DNA of 31,882 nucleotides from a virus (taxonomy: Duplodnaviria > Caudoviricetes), in IMG/VR virus record IMGVR_UViG_3300045580_000208, positions 1-31,882 of that record, one strand, 5' to 3'. The notes under the pieces are model-generated. The model was not told the DNA's origin and ran no database searches. It worked only from the letters and a program-made list of their open reading frames with translations. The translations under genes were made by a program, and so were the position numbers. Below, one piece after another: positions 18,817 through 25,343 of this stretch; positions within the stretch are counted from its first letter, which is position 1; each line of letters begins with the position of its first letter.

Positions 18817-19350
18817 AACCCAATAACGAATACCCTCGTCGTGTTAGGCTAGGTTTCACGTCAACCGCAAGAACTCTTGCGCTTGGGTCGAAACCTCGTC
18901 TAACGCAACCCCCTGCTCCCCAGTTTCCACATATACAGGGGGTCACGACCCAGCACCGGGTAACAACCGTCTAACGAGACCTGTGATAGGGTCCTTTCGC
19001 GCAGGAGGGGGTATGCTAACCCTCCCCCCCTCATGCGTCATGTTGTCGAAACGCGCGCGGCACACGCTGCCCGCGTAGTGCTTCGGTCGATGCGCTACGG
19101 CTTGTGGTCCGTTCCCGCCCTGGTTCGGTTGTCGGGGTGCGACGTTCGCGGGGTTAGCGTCTTCGCTTCTCGCCTCGCGTCTTCGTCTCTTCCCTCTTCG
19201 TCGTCTTCCGACTCGACTAGCGCCGGCTCGGCTTCGCCCTTGCCCGTTCGCGTCGGGCTTCGCCCCTACGCTCTCTTCCGTCGCCCGTTACGCACGGCGA
19301 GTGTATTCCTCCTCGGCTCCGCAGGTCAAACGCGAATCGGGCACGCCCAC

Positions 19351-19387
19351 AAAGAAACCGCGCGCCGTTGTGACTCGGCGCGCGGTT
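19351..19387 (-). terminator. Rho-independent terminator of the leftward early operon
   Basis: AACCGCGCGCCG-N8-CGGCGCGCGGTT, followed on the minus strand by TCTTT, just past the stop at 19410. Confidence 0.75.
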
Positions 19388-19409
19388 CGTCTAACGCTAT
19401 TCAAACGCG

Positions 19410-20072
19410 CTACTTGGCGGGCATCGGCTCGCCCCGAATGATCGCCCCTGCGCGCGCGACAAGTGCGGCGGCTGTGTCGTTCGCGCTGCGCTTGTCGGTC
19501 TCGGTGTCCATCGGCATGAGGAGCCCGACACTATCCGCCGAGTCGGTTGCGACAATGATTGCCCTACCCGCCGCGATATCCGAGCGCGTCGGGTTGATCG
19601 GGATGCAGAGGGTAGCGCGGATCGACTCTCCCGACGTGGTATCCGACAGCGCGCTGGCGAGCGTGGCGAGGAGCTCGGCGTTCAACGTGACTCGGAGATA
19701 GTCGCCGTTGACCTTGAACAGATCCGCGAAGGGCGGGAAGTTCCGCCCCTGCTCGGGGAGGTGGTGCAACTTGCTGCGCGCGTCGATTGCCGTGCCGCCG
19801 TTGGGGTCGACCGAAAGGCGCTGGGTGGGCTGCTTCTTCGTCGGCGCGTGGCTCAAGCTCGAGGGCGGCACGAGCATCGGCGCGGGCAGGTCGACCAGCG
19901 CGCGCGCGAGCGCCAGCACCTTTCCATCCGTGGCGACGACGTGCCCGCGCTCGGGGGCTGCGGCGTTCGGGTGCGCCAACACGGCAGAGATGGCGAAGCG
20001 GGAGCTATCGCGGGCGGCGGCGACTCCGACGGGGTGCGAGTAGGTGACGGAGTGTACGGTGGTCGTTTGCAT
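19410..20072 (-). CDS. DNA polymerase III beta-clamp-like protein (partial clamp, about 220 aa)
   Basis: AARDSSRFAISAV, VVATDGKVL, FPPFADL, LNAELL and VGLLMPM mirror DnaN motifs. Start ATG 20072 after AGAGGA. Confidence 0.65.
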   Translation of the reverse strand: MQTTTVHSVTYSHPVGVAAARDSSRFAISAVLAHPNAAAPERGHVVATDGKVLALARALVDLPAPMLVPPSSLSHAPTKKQPTQRLSVDPNGGTAIDARSKLHHLPEQGRNFPPFADLFKVNGDYLRVTLNAELLATLASALSDTTSGESIRATLCIPINPTRSDIAAGRAIIVATDSADSVGLLMPMDTETDKRSANDTAAALVARAGAIIRGEPMPAK

Positions 20073-20160
20073 TGTTCGATCCTCTCTAGCGTGCGGGCGT
20101 TCGGCGACGTTGCCGAGCGCGAATCCGCGCGGCGCGGTTCCCCGCGCTGCGCAGTGGGTT

Positions 20161-20538
20161 TCAGTAGGTGCAGGCAAGTCCGCGGTTGTAGGTCGCGTCG
20201 GGGTTCTCCATGTCGGCGGGGACGATGTACAGGGCGCATCCGCGCGGGTCGCCCTGCTCGTAGAACGCGAGCGCAGGGTAGCGCGCGACGATGCGCGCTA
20301 TCTGCGTGCGGATACGCTTGCCCGTGTTGCGCGTCGGGTAGCGTTTGCCGGTGTGATGGTTGTAGACGAAACACTTTCCGCTGTCCTCCTCCTCCGTGTC
20401 GGTGCATAGGCGCTCATGCCAACGATGCAGCGCATCGGCAAGCGACGCGAGCGCGAGCGCATCGGCGGCGCTGATTCCGTAGGTGCGTTCAGCAAAGCCG
20501 CAGTAGCGCGCGGCGCGTAATGCTTTGGTCTCTCTCAT
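20161..20538 (-). CDS. Conserved phage hypothetical protein (QGDPRGCALY motif)
   Basis: 125 aa, LHRWHERLC ... YEQGDPRGCALY. GGAG RBS. Confidence 0.7.
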   Translation of the reverse strand: MRETKALRAARYCGFAERTYGISAADALALASLADALHRWHERLCTDTEEEDSGKCFVYNHHTGKRYPTRNTGKRIRTQIARIVARYPALAFYEQGDPRGCALYIVPADMENPDATYNRGLACTY

Positions 20539-20541
20539 GGT

Positions 20542-20640
20542 TCAAGCTCCGAGGATCAGGATGGCGAGGATGATGGCGGCGAGGCTTGCGATCGTGCCGA
20601 CAATCTCAAGGGCGGAAGGTTCGGGGGGTCGGTTCTGCAT
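20542..20640 (-). CDS. Small single-pass membrane peptide (32 aa)
   Basis: Hand-translated MQNRPPEPSALEIVGTIASLAAIILAILILGA. GGAG RBS; fills the gap between the flanking genes exactly. Confidence 0.65.
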   Translation of the reverse strand: MQNRPPEPSALEIVGTIASLAAIILAILILGA

Positions 20641-20652
20641 TGTGGGGCTCCG

Positions 20653-20886
20653 TTAGAGGTTGTTTCCCGAGTTCTGAAGGAAAGCAGCGCGCGCGAGCGC
20701 AAGCGCTGCCGATTCAATCTCGGACATGCTCTCGGGCGCGAGTTTCGGCGCGAGCGCCGCGAGTGCGGCGCATATTTTCGCTATTTCGTTCGCGGCGGTC
20801 TTGTCCATCATGTATCCGCCCTCGGCGCCGTTGATTCGATCGGCTGCTTCGGTGCAGTCTTTCGCGGCCATTTGGATAGAATCCAT
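20653..20886 (-). CDS. Hypothetical helical protein (77 aa)
   Basis: AAAGGAGA RBS before ATG 20886 (MDSIQMAAK). First gene after the leftward promoter. Confidence 0.65.
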   Translation of the reverse strand: MDSIQMAAKDCTEAADRINGAEGGYMMDKTAANEIAKICAALAALAPKLAPESMSEIESAALALARAAFLQNSGNNL

Positions 20887-20926
20887 CGAAATATCTCCTT
20901 TCGGGGTTCGCACCGCGCACTGCGCG

Positions 20927-20995
20927 CGGTTGTAGGATTGTATTGCTATCGGCGCGAAGGGCTACCCTTCCGCACTATTTCGCGCGGATTTTCCG
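20927..20995 (-). promoter_or_regulatory. Leftward early promoter
   Basis: -10 TACAAT (20942-20937), GCCGATAG upstream, CGGAAAATC further upstream. No canonical -35. Confidence 0.6.
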
Positions 20996-21092
20996 AAGTT
21001 TTTTCGGGCTCGAGCTCGGGCTCGGCGCTGGATCAGATAACTAACGTCCGTTAGGGTCGGTATCTGTTAGGGTAGGGGTTTGTTAGGTGGGT

Positions 21093-21156
21093 CGCGCGCG
21101 CGTGCGCGCGGACGCGCGTATGTGTGCGCGTGCGTGCGCGCATATGCACGCGTATA
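21093..21156. repeat. Alternating purine-pyrimidine tract (Z-DNA prone)
   Basis: Strictly alternating runs of 18 nt (21093-21110) and 45 nt (21112-21156), dominated by CG/TG/CA. Confidence 0.8.
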
Positions 21157-21309
21157 GACGTGTGGCGCACGCATGACGCGCGCTGCGCGGGAACCGACGC
21201 GCCTTCACTGCGGGCGGAGCACAAAGCCGCCAGCGTGCGCCAAGCCGACCGGATGAGCCATCGCAACGTGCCGATGCCCTTCCCGAGTTGCCCGCGCGCG
21301 GGCGCATAC

Positions 21310-21330
21310 GCGAATACGGATCGTATTCGC
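21310..21330. promoter_or_regulatory. Perfect palindrome, operator candidate
   Basis: GCGAATACG-GAT-CGTATTCGC, about 30 bp upstream of the -35. Confidence 0.55.
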
Positions 21331-21361
21331 TGGGGGTGCGGAAAATCTTTCACGCAGCGAC

Positions 21362-21390
21362 TTGACGCGAGCCGATAGTGGTTGTACGAT
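21362..21390 (+). promoter_or_regulatory. Rightward sigma70-type early promoter
   Basis: TTGACG-17 bp-TACGAT with TG directly 5' of the -10. GCCGATAG lies in the spacer. Confidence 0.8.
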
Positions 21391-21431
21391 CCAACAACCG
21401 AGGCACGTCGCCTCGACATAGGAGCCACACA

Positions 21432-22199
21432 ATGCACGTTTACTATCTCGACAGCAATGATGGCGTGACGGACATGGATCATGTCCGCGATACCCTTGAG
21501 CGCATGTTCCCGACTGAGCATGAGTGCGGAATTATCCCGAGCGTGTTCGCCACGGTCGATCGCACCGAGTGGGCGCATCGGCGCGAGTCGATCACGGCGG
21601 AGCTGCTGGATATCGCCGAGGACGCGATCGCCGAGGAACGATTCGCGCCGGCCGGTGACGATCAGCGGCTCGGAATCACGGCGCGAACGGACGGCGGGTA
21701 TCTCGCCGTTCTGATGCACGACGGCGAGCGCGTCTGCACGCTCGTCGGTTGCGACCTGGATTCGATCTCCGAGCGCATCTGCGACTTCGACCCGATCACG
21801 GAAAAAGTCGATACCGAGATCCTTACCGCGCGCAGCGGATTCTCCGCGCCCCGTCCCTCTCGGATTGATATGGTTCCGGCGCGCGAAAACTTCGTGCGCA
21901 TCGAAGGCGACCGCGACCTGATCTGCGATCTTCTCGGGAAAGCGGTCGATGACCGCGTGCTCGACTCCTACGAGATTGTCGAGCACGGTGTTCCCGTGCT
22001 CATCGACCGCGATGACCTTGACGCCTTCACGCGCGCCGTGCTCGGCGCGGTGCATTCCCTCGACCGCGAGATTGAGCGTATGGAGCGCGGGCTCGCCATC
22101 CTCTGCGGTCCGCACCGCGATATCCGGCTGGCGGACGCCGAGACCGCGCGCGCCAACCTGAACCGACTCGTAACGATCCTTTGCAACGCGAACAAGTGA
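21432..22199 (+). CDS. Acidic hypothetical early protein (255 aa)
   Basis: AGGAG RBS, ATG 21432 (MHVYYLDS). D/E-rich, phage-like codon usage. Confidence 0.75.
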   Translation: MHVYYLDSNDGVTDMDHVRDTLERMFPTEHECGIIPSVFATVDRTEWAHRRESITAELLDIAEDAIAEERFAPAGDDQRLGITARTDGGYLAVLMHDGERVCTLVGCDLDSISERICDFDPITEKVDTEILTARSGFSAPRPSRIDMVPARENFVRIEGDRDLICDLLGKAVDDRVLDSYEIVEHGVPVLIDRDDLDAFTRAVLGAVHSLDREIERMERGLAILCGPHRDIRLADAETARANLNRLVTILCNANK

Positions 22200-22285
22200 C
22201 CGCCGATCCTCCGCTACGCGCCCGATGCGACCGGGCGCGGTGCGGGCGACCGTCGCCCGAATACGAACCGTATAGGAGCCACAAA

Positions 22286-23011
22286 ATGCACGTTGAGAAT
22301 GTCACTGTCCGCAACCTGCGAGAGATGATGGAAGCCCGCGATGCAGGCGCGGTCGATGCCGTCGCGTTTCAGAAGGCCGCCGACTGGTGCAGCGATGCCG
22401 CTGCTGAATGCTGGGATTCCGATTCCGTGCTGGACACATGGACCAGCGCCCTCGCCGATATCGGCATCCGTGCCGACGATATATCGTTCACCGGATTCCA
22501 CTCGCAAGGCGACGGCGCTTGCTTCGTCGGTTCCGTGGTCGATCATGACAAGCTCTTCGGCTACTTGCTCTCCCCGCCGGATCCGCTTGACTGCATCTCC
22601 CCAGTCTCCGGCGGCAAGGAGGACTTCAAGCGGTGGATTCGGTTCCACGTCGGATCCATCACTCAGACCGCCAGTGAGGAGGAGTTGAAGCGGATCGACG
22701 GCATCTCCGTCATCTTCAACCGGCACAGCCACCGTTACTCACACAAGGGCAGCGTCTCGACCATCCTCGACATCGACCTTGTGGAAGGCAGCGATGAGTA
22801 CCGCGAGAACCTTCAGGACCGTCTCGAGAAGATGGTCGAGGACCTGCGCGCGAGCTTGTGCGATGCCATCTTCAGGATGCTCCGAGAGGACTACGAGTAC
22901 GTCACGGCGGACATGGAGAACCTGATGGACATGAGCGAGGCGAACGAATACGTCTTCGATGAGGACGGACGGCGGTTCTCTCCGCGCAATCGGAAGGGGG
23001 GCTCAAAGTGA
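22286..23011 (+). CDS. Acidic conserved mobile-element protein (GFxSQGDGACF family, often auto-annotated 'antitoxin of toxin-antitoxin stability system')
   Basis: ISFTGFHSQGDGACF, RYSH and LREDYEY..EANEYVFDEDG motifs. AGGAG RBS, ATG 22286. The family label is from recall. Confidence 0.7.
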   Translation: MHVENVTVRNLREMMEARDAGAVDAVAFQKAADWCSDAAAECWDSDSVLDTWTSALADIGIRADDISFTGFHSQGDGACFVGSVVDHDKLFGYLLSPPDPLDCISPVSGGKEDFKRWIRFHVGSITQTASEEELKRIDGISVIFNRHSHRYSHKGSVSTILDIDLVEGSDEYRENLQDRLEKMVEDLRASLCDAIFRMLREDYEYVTADMENLMDMSEANEYVFDEDGRRFSPRNRKGGSK

Positions 23012-23247
23012 ACAAGGATCAAGCCATTGAGTTTCTTCAGAACCTTCCATCTGGCGAGGATGCCGTCGTTGTCGTCATGACGAGGGATGACGCCAACACG
23101 ATGCTTGCGAACGGGTATGTTCTTTCCGATGATGGGTGGCAGACGGTTCTGAAGCGCATAAGGCGCTACTGGCCGTCCGATGAGATGTGGAGTGACTTCT
23201 CCTCCATCGTCTGTGACGTTTCCGATCCGATCAACACGGAGGAATAG
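23008..23247 (+). CDS. Hypothetical protein (79 aa)
   Basis: GTGA overlap with the upstream gene, AAGGGGG RBS. Confidence 0.7.
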   Translation: MNKDQAIEFLQNLPSGEDAVVVVMTRDDANTMLANGYVLSDDGWQTVLKRIRRYWPSDEMWSDFSSIVCDVSDPINTEE

Positions 23248-23279
23248 TGATTCAATCTTTCATCCTCTCTTCGTTCATC

Positions 23280-23308
23280 GCGTCGGGGCTTTTCGTCCCG
23301 GCGCGTTT
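23280..23308 (+). terminator. Putative terminator hairpin
   Basis: GCGTCGGGGC-TTTTC-GTCCCGGCGC followed by GTTT. Weak U tract. Confidence 0.4.
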
Positions 23309-23343
23309 CCGTTTGACAACATCAATCCCGAGGACCGCCGTCT

Positions 23344-23631
23344 GTGCCGCGCACGAAACAGAACACGCCATCGTCACGACCTAACCTACAACGCCATTCC
23401 GACGCCGTGCACGCCTTGACCGACCGCCGATTGAAGCGGCTCGGGCAGACGTGGAACTGGCTGGCGACCGCCATCGCCGACAACGGCATCGCATCGTCGG
23501 CGTCGATCATGCATTGGGGGAATCGCCGCAACCTACAGGTCGGGTGCGGCGTCTACTCTGCCGTGGACGAGATACTGCGGACGGCTGAGCGCAGAGCCCG
23601 CAGACCGATCAAGCTAGGAGGATTGCCTTGA
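23344..23631 (+). CDS. Putative XRE-like HTH protein
   Basis: RRLKRLGQTWNWLATAI...ASSASIMHWGN fits an HTH pattern. GAGGA upstream. Confidence 0.45.
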   Translation: MPRTKQNTPSSRPNLQRHSDAVHALTDRRLKRLGQTWNWLATAIADNGIASSASIMHWGNRRNLQVGCGVYSAVDEILRTAERRARRPIKLGGLP

Positions 23632-23945
23632 AGGGAATGACACTTCGGACGGCGTTCTTGACCATTGATCCCGACGTTCGGTTCACTTTGACCAGCGGAC
23701 GGCTGGAAACAGCCAAGCGCATCGGCGAGATGCGCCGGATACCCGGCGACATGGGCGTTCCGATATACCTTGTCTACGAAGACGAGGCAGGATACGTCTA
23801 CGTCGGCATCGCGCCATCGGAGCAATGCGATGCCGTGGAGTGGCGTCGTGAGCAGATGGAGACGCCGCTGTTCAAGTCGGTCGATCGCGTCGATATGCTC
23901 GGCGTCATCATCCGCCCGCCCGATACGATCGGGGGTGCGGATTGA
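23628..23945 (+). CDS. Hypothetical protein
   Basis: AGGAGG RBS, TTGA overlaps at both ends. Confidence 0.6.
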   Translation: MKGMTLRTAFLTIDPDVRFTLTSGRLETAKRIGEMRRIPGDMGVPIYLVYEDEAGYVYVGIAPSEQCDAVEWRREQMETPLFKSVDRVDMLGVIIRPPDTIGGAD

Positions 23946-24670
23946 ACGCCATCGTCTATCTGCGAGTCTCGACCGATGAGCAGGCGCAAAGCGGGCTCGG
24001 GCTTGAGGCGCAGCGTGCTGCGTGCGAGGCGCGCGCCAGGGCTCTCGGAGCCCATTCCGTCTCCGTATTCGCCGACGAGGGCGTGAGCGGATCGACGCCG
24101 GTAGCCGAGCGCGAGGGGCTTGTCGCTGCGCTGGAGTCGCTCGGGAAGGGCGACTGCCTGATCGTCGCCAAGCGCGACCGCATCGCCCGCGACTACCTTG
24201 TGGCGGGCTGGGTTGACCTTGAAGTGGCGCGTGCCGGCGCGCGTTTGATATCCGCCGCCGGCGAGGGGACCGACTCCGACGAGCCGATGGCGAAGGTCAT
24301 GCGCGGCATCGTGGACCTGTTCGCGCAGTACGAGCGCGACATGATCCGCGCGCGCACCGCCGCCGCCCTGCGTGCCAAGCGAGCCCGTGGCGAGAAGACT
24401 GGCGGATCCGTGCCGTTCGGCTATCGCGTTGCGTGCGTGACCGTCACGGACGGATCCGAGCGTAAGACGTTGGTCGCCGACAAGGGCGAGCAAGCCGCGA
24501 TCGCTCGGGCTCGGGAGCTGCACGCGCAGGGGCTCGGTCTACGGCGCATCGCAAGCGCGCTGGCTGCGGACGGGTTCACGGGGCGCGGCGGGCGTCGGCT
24601 TGCGGCGACGACCGTGGCTCGGCTCCTACAGCGTGATCTTGCGCCCGCAGTCGGGGCAGCGGATGAATGA
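23942..24670 (+). CDS. Serine recombinase (resolvase/invertase family) with a short C-terminal DNA-binding segment
   Basis: YLRVST (catalytic Ser), GLEAQR, DEGVSGS, KRDRIAR, FAQYERDMIRART, GGSVPFGY. 242 aa. Confidence 0.92.
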   Translation: MNAIVYLRVSTDEQAQSGLGLEAQRAACEARARALGAHSVSVFADEGVSGSTPVAEREGLVAALESLGKGDCLIVAKRDRIARDYLVAGWVDLEVARAGARLISAAGEGTDSDEPMAKVMRGIVDLFAQYERDMIRARTAAALRAKRARGEKTGGSVPFGYRVACVTVTDGSERKTLVADKGEQAAIARARELHAQGLGLRRIASALAADGFTGRGGRRLAATTVARLLQRDLAPAVGAADE

Positions 24671-24901
24671 CCGCGCGATCGGTCGCGCCTCAAGCGCCGC
24701 CTTGCCGGCGGGCGTAATCAGATATCGCCCGTACTCGACCTTCTTCAAGTAGCCGAGCTCGACCAGGCGCGTGAGATGCGCATGGATCGTGGCTCGGTTC
24801 CTGCCGAGCTCGTTGGCTACTTCCGTGAGGCTTACGTCGATCCCGCCGTTGTTGTTGAACCGAGCGAGGATGTCCTTGAGCGTCTGCGTGTACCTAGCCA
24901 T
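24626..24901 (-). CDS. Winged-helix DNA-binding protein with a C-terminal CPxCG knuckle
   Basis: SLTEVANELGRNRATIHAHLTRLVELGYL...ITPAG, then RCPDCG. Confidence 0.8.
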   Translation of the reverse strand: MARYTQTLKDILARFNNNGGIDVSLTEVANELGRNRATIHAHLTRLVELGYLKKVEYGRYLITPAGKAALEARPIARSFIRCPDCGRKITL

Positions 24902-25343
24902 TCACCGTCTCCGTATTCGTCGAGAGAACAAACTCCGCGCGAGGCTGTCCATCGGGCTCGGCATAGACCTTGACCGCATTGATCCAGTAGAGCTGCGCGT
25001 CGTCATGCACGACGCCGCTGTTCACGATGGCGTCAAGCGCCGCCTTCACAAGATTGTCCAGGTCGGGCTTCGCCGTGTGAGGGATGCGCTCGCGCGCGCC
25101 TCCCCGCCGTCCCATGAGCCGCTTCGGTCGGGGCAGGTAGAAGGCGCAGGTAAGGCTCCAGCCGTCGCGGATCGGCGTGACCGCCGGATCAATCGCTCGG
25201 CTCGCCGCCATCGCCACCGCCCCCTTGAAGCTGTCCGCCGTGTCCGGCGTCCACATCCTCACCATCCCCCTCGAGAACGATGTCGCCCTCACCCTCGGCT
25301 GCGCCTTCGGAATCGCCTGCGCCGTGAAGTGCCATTCGCTCAT
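24894..25343 (-). CDS. rusA: RusA-family Holliday junction resolvase
   Basis: PKAQPR, FYLPRPK and KPDLDNLVKAALDAI...DDAQL catalytic motifs. Confidence 0.9.
   Translation of the reverse strand: MSEWHFTAQAIPKAQPRVRATSFSRGMVRMWTPDTADSFKGAVAMAASRAIDPAVTPIRDGWSLTCAFYLPRPKRLMGRRGGARERIPHTAKPDLDNLVKAALDAIVNSGVVHDDAQLYWINAVKVYAEPDGQPRAEFVLSTNTETVNG

Noticed and set aside
14862-18852. Long plus-strand ORFs (634 aa, 512 aa) opposite portal and TerL, and similar ones at 5562-7040, 12809-14108 and 29701-30927
   Set aside because: Antisense shadows of high-GC3 genes. They have no motifs or RBS, and the minus-strand genes are well supported.
19033-19701. 222-aa plus-strand ORF as a possible TerS
   Set aside because: Wrong strand, Ser/Arg/Ala low complexity, crosses a terminator and is antisense to the clamp-like gene.
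18830-22300. CRISPR array, tRNA or integron attC interpretation of the repeats and hairpins
   Set aside because: No regularly spaced repeat-spacer units, no cloverleaf, no paired RYYYAAC/GTTRRRY attC ends and no tyrosine integrase.
23313-23345. Perfect TTGACA -35 hexamer
   Set aside because: No recognisable -10 at 16-18 bp spacing.
23942-24670. IS607-type element or prophage integrase with att sites
   Set aside because: No N-terminal MerR-like HTH, no TnpB, too short for a large serine integrase, and no host genes or att duplication visible.
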